Translations under genes and position numbers: made by a program
Shown here: piece after piece, positions 55,833 to 64,000 of the stretch
How positions within the stretch are numbered: the first letter of the stretch is position 1
Layout of the letters: every line of letters starts with the position of its first letter
Assembly: GCA_947453415.1 (NCBI GenBank)
Contig: CANGGG010000005.1
Location: forward strand, 2,688 to 66,687
DNA length: 64,000 nucleotides
Direction: 5' to 3'
Source of the DNA: Bacteroidota bacterium
GTDB lineage: Bacteria > Bacteroidota > Bacteroidia > UKL13-3
Notes under the pieces: model-generated
Databases searched by the model: none
What the model was told of the DNA's origin: nothing
The model's input: only the letters and a program-made list of their open reading frames with translations

Positions 55833-56711
55833 ATGCAAACATTTACACCCACCAATTGGCAGCAATACGAACTTTTAGACTGTGGCGATTTTGAAAAGTT
55901 AGAAAAATTTGGTTCATTAGTACTTCGCAGACCAGAACCTCAAGCTTTGTGGAGTAAAAAATGGAGCGAACAAGAGTGGCAAAAATTAACCGACATTACA
56001 TTTAAATCGAGGACTAGCCATAGTGGCGAATGGATAAAAAAGAATAAAACTGCTGGTGAACGATGGAAGTTAAATTACAAACACAACGAATTAAGTTTAA
56101 ACTTCAACCTAGCGCTTACTTCTTTCAAACATGTAGGGATTTTTCCTGAACAAGCCGCTAACTGGGATTATATTTTTGAAAACTTAAAAAAAGTAAAAGG
56201 TGAGCAACCAAGGTTTTTAAATTTGTTTGCATATACCGGAGGCGCAAGCATTGCGGCAAAAGCTGCCGGAGCTGATGTAACTCATGTTGATAGTGTAAAA
56301 CAAGTAATTACTTGGAGCAAAGAAAATATGGAATCTTCGGGCTTATCAGATATTCGTTGGATTGTTGAAGATGCCATGAAATTTGTGAAAAGAGAAGTTA
56401 AACGTGGCAAAACTTATCATGGAATAATTTTGGATCCACCAGCATACGGAATTGGTGCCAATGGTGAACGCTGGCAATTAGAGCAAAGTATCAATGAATT
56501 ATTACAGGACGTGGCTAAAATTTTGGAACCCAATAATCATTTTCTCATATTGAATGTTTATTCTTTGGGCTTAAGTGCTTTAGTGGTTCAAAATTTAATA
56601 GAAAGTAATTTTAAACAAAACAAAAATTTAGATTTTGGTGAACTTTACCTTCAAGGAAAATCAGGCATTCAATTGCCTTTAGGAATAGTTGGAAGATATA
56701 GTTTGTTATAA
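55833..56711 (+). CDS. Class I SAM-dependent (RlmI/RlmK-like) methyltransferase
   Basis: 292 aa, LNLFAYTGGASIAAA SAM loop, ILDPPAYG catalytic motif. Confidence 0.85.
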   Translation: MQTFTPTNWQQYELLDCGDFEKLEKFGSLVLRRPEPQALWSKKWSEQEWQKLTDITFKSRTSHSGEWIKKNKTAGERWKLNYKHNELSLNFNLALTSFKHVGIFPEQAANWDYIFENLKKVKGEQPRFLNLFAYTGGASIAAKAAGADVTHVDSVKQVITWSKENMESSGLSDIRWIVEDAMKFVKREVKRGKTYHGIILDPPAYGIGANGERWQLEQSINELLQDVAKILEPNNHFLILNVYSLGLSALVVQNLIESNFKQNKNLDFGELYLQGKSGIQLPLGIVGRYSLL

Positions 56712-57036
56712 AATTTAAAGCCTACCAAATTAAAAATCTGAAGTTAATAGCTCTGGATTTTTTTGTTTCATTTGATATAGTTTCTAAAAGTGCTTTTTTG
56801 AAAGTTTTTATATAATCATTTTAATACAATCTTTTGATGCTTTTAAAATATTTTATGAATCATATTTTGTATAAATTTCATAGGTTTTTATATCATTTAA
56901 ATCAATTATATTACATTTTAGTTTTAATAAAATACAAAATTTATTTTTTATAGCTAAATAATATCAATTTTAATTAATATTTTTATAGTCTATTTATCTA
57001 AATTACAGTTTTTTACAAAATATAAACAAATCTTTC

Positions 57037-57064
57037 GGAAACTTTAAACATAAAAATAGTTTCC
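57037..57064. promoter_or_regulatory. Inverted repeat GGAAACT-N14-AGTTTCC, candidate TetR operator
   Basis: Perfect 7-bp arms 24 nt upstream of the TetR ORF. Confidence 0.45.
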
Positions 57065-57087
57065 AATGTGCAAAAAGTTTACCATCT

Positions 57088-57723
57088 TTGTGCCCGAAAA
57101 AAATAAAAGTGGAGCCCAAACAAAAAATATTAGCAGAAGCAGAAGCACTTTTTATGAAATATGGTTTTAAGAGTATTACTATGGATGACATAGCAAGAGA
57201 GCTCAGTATTTCAAAAAAAACATTGTATCATTATTTTGAGGATAAGAATGATTTAGTGAATCATGCAATTGAAAACCATATTTTATGTGATAAAGAAATT
57301 TGCTGTAAAATTTTAAATGAACATTTTGATCCTATCGAATTTTTATTTGAAATGAGTAAATCAATTACTGAAAACCACAGAAAAGTGAATGTTGCAGTAT
57401 TATTCGATTTGAAAAAATATTTTAAACCAGCATGGGATAAATTAGAAAATTTTAAATCAGTTTTTATTAATGAACAAATGCTTGCCAATATAACCAAAGG
57501 CAAAGAACTTGGCCTATACAGAGAAGATATAAATACAGAATTAGCAGCAAAGTTATATGCTCACAGTGTAGAATTTATGATGAGACCTGATCTTTATCAA
57601 AACATTTCAACCGATTTTCACTTCATACATCAAGAAATAATCAAATATCATTTAAGAGCTATTTGTACTGATAAAGGCTTAAAAAAACTAAATAAAATAT
57701 TAGATAACCAAAACACAAAATAA
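57088..57723 (+). CDS. TetR/AcrR family transcriptional repressor
   Basis: HTH ILAEAEALFMKYGFKSITMDDIARELSISKKTLYHYF; start is TTG at 57088 or in-frame GTG at 57109. Confidence 0.9.
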   Translation: MCPKKIKVEPKQKILAEAEALFMKYGFKSITMDDIARELSISKKTLYHYFEDKNDLVNHAIENHILCDKEICCKILNEHFDPIEFLFEMSKSITENHRKVNVAVLFDLKKYFKPAWDKLENFKSVFINEQMLANITKGKELGLYREDINTELAAKLYAHSVEFMMRPDLYQNISTDFHFIHQEIIKYHLRAICTDKGLKKLNKILDNQNTK

Positions 57724-57730
57724 AAACTAT

Positions 57731-59119
57731 ATGATTACTAGAATTACCACATTAATTGTGGCTACATTTTTCAGCTTAAGTTTGCTAATTGCACAGCAAA
57801 ACGTTGAAGTTAAAAAAATGTCATTAACAGAAGCAATTACTTTTGCGAAACAAAATAATGCGAATTTAAAGAATGCTAGATTAGATGAAACATTATCAAA
57901 AAAATCAGTAAACGAATTATTGGCAAATGGATTGCCACAGGCAAATGCCGAATTGTCTTACAATCATAATATTGATATTCCTGTTACACCATTTCCCGAC
58001 TTTATTACTCCATCAATCATTGGTGCTAACAAAGCATATTTTGGATTAGTTCCTACTAAGGAATATATTCCAGGAGCACCTATTCCAGTTGCATTTGGAC
58101 AAAAAAATTCAGCAAATACAAGCTTAACAATAGGCCAACTTTTATTTGATGGAACATTTTTTTTAGGAGTAAAAGCCGCAAAAGAATATGTAAAACTTTC
58201 AACTTTAACAACTCGCAAATCAGAAATTGATGTAGAAACAGATGTAACAAAAGCCTATTATTTTGTTTTAATTAATGAAGAAAGAATGACTCAAATTAAC
58301 AAAAGCATTAGTTTAATTGAGAAAAGTTTATCGGATTTACGTGAAACTTATAAGGCAGGTTTAGTTGAAAAAATAGATTTAGAAAGATTAGAATTAAGTT
58401 ATTCAAATGCAATTATACTGCGTGATCAGTTAAAAGATGGTATAAGTATTTCTTATCAAATATTAAAAATGAATATGGGAGCTAAGATGAATGATAGCAT
58501 CCAATTACTAGAAAAACTAAATGAATTATCAAACCAACTTTCTGCAGATTTTGATTTAAATGGTGGTGATTACAGCAAGCGAATAGAATACCAAATGACA
58601 GAACAAGGTTTACGTTTAAACAAACTAGATAGAAAAAGATATTTAACAGCATACATGCCTACTATTACTGCATTTGCATCGCTTGGAAGAAATACTTTTG
58701 CAACAAATTTTAGTGATTTAGGCACAAATTGGTATCCTTCAACTATCGTTGGAGGGAAAATAAGTTTACCTGTTTTTGATGGATTTAGAAAACATGCACA
58801 AACACAAAAAGCTAGTATTAACATAGAAAAAACTGAAAATATTAAAAAGTATTTAGAAACTGCAATTGAATTGGAAAGATTCAATGCTAAAACAACATAT
58901 TTAAGAACAAAAAACCAAGTAGTTGTTCAAAAGAAAAACATAGAATTAGCAGAACAAATTTATACTAGAGCTCAAATAAAACTAAAAGAAGGAGTTGGAT
59001 CAAGCACAGAATTATTACTTGCTGAATCTGATTTAAAAAATGCACAAACTAATTATTTGAGTACTTTGTACGATTTGATGGTTGCGCAATTAAATGTTAA
59101 AAAATCAATAGGATACTAA
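57731..59119 (+). CDS. TolC-family outer membrane efflux protein
   Basis: 462 aa, signal peptide, two-fold repeated coiled-coil/beta layout. Confidence 0.88.
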   Translation: MITRITTLIVATFFSLSLLIAQQNVEVKKMSLTEAITFAKQNNANLKNARLDETLSKKSVNELLANGLPQANAELSYNHNIDIPVTPFPDFITPSIIGANKAYFGLVPTKEYIPGAPIPVAFGQKNSANTSLTIGQLLFDGTFFLGVKAAKEYVKLSTLTTRKSEIDVETDVTKAYYFVLINEERMTQINKSISLIEKSLSDLRETYKAGLVEKIDLERLELSYSNAIILRDQLKDGISISYQILKMNMGAKMNDSIQLLEKLNELSNQLSADFDLNGGDYSKRIEYQMTEQGLRLNKLDRKRYLTAYMPTITAFASLGRNTFATNFSDLGTNWYPSTIVGGKISLPVFDGFRKHAQTQKASINIEKTENIKKYLETAIELERFNAKTTYLRTKNQVVVQKKNIELAEQIYTRAQIKLKEGVGSSTELLLAESDLKNAQTNYLSTLYDLMVAQLNVKKSIGY

Positions 59120-59138
59120 AATATAAATTTATAAAAAC

Positions 59139-60272
59139 ATGAACAAAGGAAAAATAATTATTGCAATTTTATCAATTATAACCATCATTTTAACATCGTG
59201 TGGCGATAAAACAGTAGAAGCAAAAAAAGCTTCACTTGAAAAACTAAAGTCGGAACAAGCAGCATTAACAACAAAAATTAAAGCATTGGAAGACGAAATT
59301 AAATCTAGTGGCGCTACACTTGATTCACGTGAAAAAATAGTTAATGTGGCGGTAAGCAATGTAGAAACTTCAAAATACAATCATTATATAACTGTTCAAG
59401 GCAGAGTAGATGGTGACGAAAATGCAACGATAAGTGCTAAAGTTCCAGGATTGGTTTTAAATGTTTTAGTAAAACCAGGTTCGGTAGTAAAAGCAGGTCA
59501 AGTATTAGCGGAATTTGATGGCAATGCAATTAGAAAACAAATTCAACCTTTAGAAACAAACTTGTTATTTTTAACAGATTTATATAACAAACAAAAAGCA
59601 CTGTGGGATAAACAAATTGGTTCAGAAATTCAATACAAACAAGCTAAAACCAATAAAGAAGCTTTAGAACAAAATATAGCTGCCATGCGTGAACAATTAA
59701 GTATGTATAAAATTACAGCTACCGTTAATGGAACTATAGACGTAGTAAATTTAAAAATTGGTCAAATGGCAATGCCAGGAATGCCATATTTTACAATTGT
59801 GAACTTTAATAAACTAAAAGTAAAAGCTGATGTAGCTGAAACTTTTGCTAATAAAATTAATGAAGGAAATGTTGCTCAAGTAGAATTTCCAGATATTAAT
59901 AAAACAATTACTTCAAAAATTACTTATAGCGGAAAAGGCATCAGTGCTTTAAACAGAACTTTTGGTGTAGAAGTAGCATTACCAAACGACAACACTTACT
60001 TACCAAATATGATTGCAGTATTAAAAATAATTGATTATTCAAAAGATAACGCCATTGTAATTCCTGTAAATTGTATTCAAAACAGCCAAGAAGGAACAAA
60101 CGTATATTTAGCCGTTACAGAAAATGGTAAAACAATTGCTAAAAAACGATTAGTAAAAGTTGGTTCTACTTATAATGATAAAGCTGAAATATTAAGTGGA
60201 TTAGGAATTGACGAAAAATTAATTACCGTTGGTTATAACGACTTAAACGATGGTGAATTAATTAAATTTTAG
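59139..60272 (+). CDS. RND efflux periplasmic adaptor (membrane fusion protein)
   Basis: Lipobox ILTSCG, coiled-coil hairpin, lipoyl-like and beta-barrel segments. Confidence 0.9.
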   Translation: MNKGKIIIAILSIITIILTSCGDKTVEAKKASLEKLKSEQAALTTKIKALEDEIKSSGATLDSREKIVNVAVSNVETSKYNHYITVQGRVDGDENATISAKVPGLVLNVLVKPGSVVKAGQVLAEFDGNAIRKQIQPLETNLLFLTDLYNKQKALWDKQIGSEIQYKQAKTNKEALEQNIAAMREQLSMYKITATVNGTIDVVNLKIGQMAMPGMPYFTIVNFNKLKVKADVAETFANKINEGNVAQVEFPDINKTITSKITYSGKGISALNRTFGVEVALPNDNTYLPNMIAVLKIIDYSKDNAIVIPVNCIQNSQEGTNVYLAVTENGKTIAKKRLVKVGSTYNDKAEILSGLGIDEKLITVGYNDLNDGELIKF

Positions 60273-60274
60273 AA

Positions 60275-60316
60275 GGCCACTGGCTATTGGCTCTTAGCCA
60301 CTAGCTACTATTTACT
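60275..60316. repeat. GGCYAYT heptamer array (6 units) after the adaptor gene
   Basis: ggccact ggctatt ggctctt agccact agctact atttact; followed by two AGCCAAAGGC words at 60341 and 60366. Confidence 0.8.
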
Positions 60317-60390
60317 TAAAAGTTAAATTACAAAAAATACAGCCAAAGGCCGTTTAGTTAGTGGAAGCCAAAGGCAAAAAGCAAAAAAAT

Positions 60391-63300
60391 ATGCTAGATA
60401 AAATAAAAGAATTTAAACCCTCGAGTTGGGCAATAAATAACAAAACAAGTATTTATATCATGACCATTATCATTACGCTTGCGGGTATAATGAGTTATAA
60501 TGGATTACCAAAAGAGCAATTTCCTGAAGTGGTTTTTCCTCAAATAATTATTAGTACAGTTCAAGCGGGAACTTCTCCAAAAGACATGGAGAATATAGTT
60601 ACCAAGCATATTGAAAAAAGTGTAAAATCAATTTCAGGTGTAAAAAAAGTAACCAGTAGTTCTTTACAAAATGTAAGTTTAGTAACCGTTGAATTTAATA
60701 CAGATGTTCAAATTCCTATTGCAAAGCAACGTGTAAAAGACCAAGTTGATAAAATACGAAAAGAACTTCCCCAGGTTTTAACAAGTGAGCCTACAGTTGT
60801 TGAGATAGATGTATCGCAAATGCCCATTATGTTTGTACATTTATCGGGCGATTATCCTTTAGATAAATTGAAGGAATATGCTGAAGATTTACAAGATAAA
60901 ATTGAAAGTTTAAAAGAAATTACCCGTGCCGATATTGTTGGAGCGTTAGACAGAGAGGTTCAAGTAAACCTTGATATGTACAAAATGCAAATAGCTGACG
61001 TGGCTATGTATGATGTAATGCAAGCAATTGGTAATGAAAATGTAACTATAAGCGGTGGTTCGGTTAAAATGGACGGTTTATTACGTGAAATAAATGTTGT
61101 TGGCCAATACGTAGATGCAAGAAAAATAGGTGATTTGGCTATTCGTTCTGCCAGTGGAGCCATTGTTTATTTGCGCGATATAGCTGAAGTAAAAGATGGA
61201 TTTAAGGAGCAGGAAAGTTTTGCTCGTTTGGAACATAAAAATGTAATTACATTAAACATTGTAAAAAAGAGTGGTCAAAACTTAATTGATGCAAGTGATA
61301 AAATAAGAAAGATCAATGAAGAAATGAAAAAAGCTCATTTCCCAGAAGGACTTAAAATTACAATTACTGGCGATCAATCTGACAAAACTCGTACTACATT
61401 ACACGACTTAATAAACACCATTGTCATTGGGTTTATATTGGTAACAATCATCCTGATGTTTTTTATGGGAGCTACCAATGCACTTTTTGTTGCTATGTCA
61501 GTTCCTTTGTCAATGGCCATTGCATTTTTGTTTTTACCAACCATTGGTTTTACCTTAAACATGATTGTATTATTTGCATTTTTACTCGCCTTAGGAATAG
61601 TGGTAGATGATGCAATTGTGGTGGTAGAAAATACCCATCGAATATTTGAAAATGGAAAAGTACCCATTAAAAAGGCCGCCAAACTAGCGGCAGGCGAAGT
61701 ATTTGTTCCTGTATTATCAGGCACATTAACTACCTTAGCTCCTTTTATTCCTTTGGCTTTTTGGCAAGGAACAATTGGTAAATTTATGTTTTTTTTACCA
61801 GTAACTTTAATCATTACATTATTGGCATCGTTAGTAGTGGCATACATTATTAATCCTGTATTTGCAGTTGGCTTTATGAAAACTCATGAAGAAGAAGAAG
61901 CGCAACGTAAAAACAAAAAAGGATTTATGATTACATCCATTGTTTTTGGTGTAATGGCTTTACTAGTTTATTTAACTGGTAACTTTGGTTTTGGAAATTT
62001 TGTTGTAGTATTATATGGCTTGTATTGCTTAAACAGATTTATAATGTATAAGTACATTGAAAAATTCCAAAACAAAACTTGGCCAAGTGTACAAGAAGGT
62101 TACAGAAAATTAATTACGTGGTGTTTAAAAGGTCGAAGACCTATCATTTTATTAACTGGAACAATTGGATTATTATTCTTTAGTATATTTTTAGTAAAAG
62201 TAAGGTCTCCAAAAGTTGTATTCTTCCCTCAAGCATCTCCAAATTTTGTTTATACATATATTGAAATGCCAGTTGGAACTGACCAAGTTGTAACCGATTC
62301 AATTACCAAATTAGTAGAAGAAAGAATTTACAAAGAAATAGGAGACAGTAATAAAATAATTGAATCTGTTATATCTAATGTGGCCATTGGCGCTGGTGAT
62401 CCTACACAATTTGAAGCAGGTGCAAAATCTAATTTAGGAAAAGTAACAGTTGCGTTTGTTGAATTTGGCAAACGTAATGGAGAGGAAACCTTACCATACC
62501 TTGACAGAATTAGAAAAGTAGTAAAAGATATACCCGGTGTATTAATTACTGTAGAACAAGAAAAAGGTGGACCTCCAACTGGAAAACCTGTTAACATTGA
62601 AATTATAGGGGAAGAATTTGATGAATTAACATCAGTTTCTAAAGGCTTGAAACATTATTTAGATTCGTTGCAAATTCCTGGCGTGGAAGAGTTAAAATCT
62701 GATTTGGTAACTAACAAACCTGAAATTTTAATAGAAGTAGACAGGGAGCGTGCAAATAGAGAAGGAATTTCTTCAGCTCAAATTGGACAGGCTTTACGTG
62801 GTGCAATATTTGGTTTAGAGGTTTCTAAATTTAAAGATGCTAAAGATGATTATCCTATTCAAGTGCGTTACAAATTTGACCAAAGAAATAATATAGATGC
62901 TTTAATGAATTTAAAAATCACTTATCGTGATATGAATATGGGTGGTATGTTACGTTCAGTTCCATTATCATCGGTAGCTAAGTTAAAATACAGCCAAACT
63001 TATGGAGGTATCAAACGTAAAAACCAAAAACGCATTGTATCACTTGGTTCTAACGTGCTCTCTGGATATAATGCCAATGAAGTTGTGGAACAGGTAAAAA
63101 AAGCGGTTGCTAAATATGAATTACCAAATACTGTAACTACCGACATGACAGGTGAACAAGAACAACAAAAAGAAACGGGTGCTTTCCTTGGAAAGGCCAT
63201 GTTAATTGCTTTAGGTTTAATCTTTTTGATTTTGGTAACTCAGTTTAACTCTATATCAAAACCAGTTATTATATTAAGTGAAATAGTACTAAGTATCATT

Positions 63301-63774
63301 GGCGTGTTATTAGGATTTTCTATATTTAAAATGGATATATCAATACTAATGACAGGAGTTGGAGTGGTAGCGCTGGCGGGAATTGTGGTAAGAAATGGAA
63401 TTCTGTTAGTAGAATTTACCGACTTACTTTTAGAAGAAGGAATGGAATTGAAAGAAGCAATTATAGAAGCTGGCAAAACACGTATGACACCAGTTATATT
63501 AACTGCTACTGCTACAATGTTAGGTTTAATTCCTTTAGCCATTGGCTTAAATGTTGATTTTGTAACTTTATTCTCTGAAGGGAATCCACATATTTACTTT
63601 GGTGGCGATAGTGTAGCTTTCTGGGGTCCTTTATCATGGACGATGATTTTTGGTTTATTATTTGCCACACTATTGACTTTAATTTTGGTTCCTGTAATGT
63701 TATTGCTCTCAGAATCAATTAAAATAAAATATTTTCCAAAAAGGGCAAACAAAAGCACCAATACATCGTTATAG
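60391..63774 (+). CDS. RND (AcrB/HAE1-type) efflux permease
   Basis: 12 TM helices with two large periplasmic loops. I prefer the ATG at 60391, because the upstream GTG at 60361 lies in repeat sequence. Confidence 0.93.
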   Translation: MLDKIKEFKPSSWAINNKTSIYIMTIIITLAGIMSYNGLPKEQFPEVVFPQIIISTVQAGTSPKDMENIVTKHIEKSVKSISGVKKVTSSSLQNVSLVTVEFNTDVQIPIAKQRVKDQVDKIRKELPQVLTSEPTVVEIDVSQMPIMFVHLSGDYPLDKLKEYAEDLQDKIESLKEITRADIVGALDREVQVNLDMYKMQIADVAMYDVMQAIGNENVTISGGSVKMDGLLREINVVGQYVDARKIGDLAIRSASGAIVYLRDIAEVKDGFKEQESFARLEHKNVITLNIVKKSGQNLIDASDKIRKINEEMKKAHFPEGLKITITGDQSDKTRTTLHDLINTIVIGFILVTIILMFFMGATNALFVAMSVPLSMAIAFLFLPTIGFTLNMIVLFAFLLALGIVVDDAIVVVENTHRIFENGKVPIKKAAKLAAGEVFVPVLSGTLTTLAPFIPLAFWQGTIGKFMFFLPVTLIITLLASLVVAYIINPVFAVGFMKTHEEEEAQRKNKKGFMITSIVFGVMALLVYLTGNFGFGNFVVVLYGLYCLNRFIMYKYIEKFQNKTWPSVQEGYRKLITWCLKGRRPIILLTGTIGLLFFSIFLVKVRSPKVVFFPQASPNFVYTYIEMPVGTDQVVTDSITKLVEERIYKEIGDSNKIIESVISNVAIGAGDPTQFEAGAKSNLGKVTVAFVEFGKRNGEETLPYLDRIRKVVKDIPGVLITVEQEKGGPPTGKPVNIEIIGEEFDELTSVSKGLKHYLDSLQIPGVEELKSDLVTNKPEILIEVDRERANREGISSAQIGQALRGAIFGLEVSKFKDAKDDYPIQVRYKFDQRNNIDALMNLKITYRDMNMGGMLRSVPLSSVAKLKYSQTYGGIKRKNQKRIVSLGSNVLSGYNANEVVEQVKKAVAKYELPNTVTTDMTGEQEQQKETGAFLGKAMLIALGLIFLILVTQFNSISKPVIILSEIVLSIIGVLLGFSIFKMDISILMTGVGVVALAGIVVRNGILLVEFTDLLLEEGMELKEAIIEAGKTRMTPVILTATATMLGLIPLAIGLNVDFVTLFSEGNPHIYFGGDSVAFWGPLSWTMIFGLLFATLLTLILVPVMLLLSESIKIKYFPKRANKSTNTSL

Positions 63775-63822
63775 ATTGTATTACACTTTGGGGTAAAGGT
63801 GTATATTTGTTTCATATACTAA

Positions 63823-63855
63823 ACGAGGTCTCCGAAAGGGGGTCTCGTTTTTTAT
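63823..63855 (+). terminator. Rho-independent terminator after the RND operon
   Basis: ACGAGGTCTCC-gaaa-GGGGGTCTCGT (11 bp with G-U pairs) followed by TTTTTTATTTT. Confidence 0.75.
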
Positions 63856-63878
63856 TTTCAAAAAACTATATTCGTGCA

Positions 63879-64000
63879 ATGGCAACCTGCGGTTATGTAT
63901 GTCCGAAATGTGAAGGAAAAGGATTTTTAGAAAATTTTTCTACCTGTGATTGGTGCAGTACCACGCCAATAATTAAAGATAATATGATAACAATATACCA
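63879..64000 (+). CDS. Cys-rich (zinc-ribbon-like) hypothetical protein, 5' part only
   Basis: MATCGYVCPKCEGKGFLENFSTCDWCSTTP... runs off the right edge. Confidence 0.4.
   Translation, partial: MATCGYVCPKCEGKGFLENFSTCDWCSTTPIIKDNMITIY

Noticed and set aside
60361-60390. GTG start giving 10 extra N-terminal residues on the RND pump
   Set aside because: These codons lie in the AGCCAAAGGC word repeat. The ATG at 60391 gives the usual MLDKIKEF...-type start. This is uncertain but is the conservative choice.
60960-63815. Seven minus-strand ORFs (up to 157 aa) inside the RND permease gene
   Set aside because: They are antisense to a 1137-aa ORF with clear AcrB-type topology. Their translations are Thr/Ile/Asn-rich mirror sequences.
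1-64000. Searched for tRNA, rRNA, tmRNA, integrase, transposase, toxin-antitoxin or restriction/defence genes
   Set aside because: None were recognised in any intergenic region or ORF translation. The window looks like core chromosome plus a respiratory island rather than a mobile or defence island.

Overview
Low-GC Bacteroidota-type chromosomal segment. Support for that call: TAnnTTTG -7 promoter boxes in front of many genes, several TTG/GTG starts, no obvious Shine-Dalgarno use, and basic C-terminal tails on S12/S3. All calls come from reading the supplied translations and DNA by eye; no searches were run. Layout: (a) 1-10.0 kb, minus-strand str/S10/spc ribosomal-protein super-operon (rpsL-rpsG-fusA-rpsJ...rpsN-rpsH). 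(b) 10.3-28.3 kb, housekeeping genes (bcp, M23 peptidase, menD/menB, murB, rpmE, HU, aroK, folP, cdaA, pdhB and others). (c) 28.5-36.3 kb, a Sec/lipoprotein-type (clade II) nitrous-oxide reductase operon (cytochrome c, nosZ, TM::nosL, nosD, nosF, nosY) that continues without a gap into a tryptophan-2,3-dioxygenase-family gene and a group III truncated hemoglobin. (d) 36.4-42.3 kb, a convergent minus-strand arm: Cys-less Crp/Fnr regulator, His-rich 12-TM protein, small Cys protein, Met/His-rich lipoprotein, TonB-dependent receptor, fasciclin lipoprotein. (e) 42.4-45.2 kb, YjbR / pentapeptide-repeat / GyrI-like / hydrolase operon. (f) 45.2-56.7 kb, hypotheticals, hflX, a DEAD-box helicase with an RGG tail, a GT2 fusion, an EEP nuclease, rnz and a methyltransferase. 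(g) 57.0-63.8 kb, TetR-TolC-MFP-RND efflux operon. I found no rRNA, tRNA, CRISPR array, transposase or integrase. The best candidates for new biology are three. First, the extended N2O island: heme-protein genes appended to nos, a putative Cu-uptake receptor set, and an NnrR/NnrS-like pair. Second, a shared TTATGAC-N4-GTCATAA box about 43 nt upstream of two predicted transcription starts in that island. Third, a pervasive family of degenerate 7-9 nt tandem arrays at gene ends, two of which intrude into coding sequence. Functional claims about these are inference.
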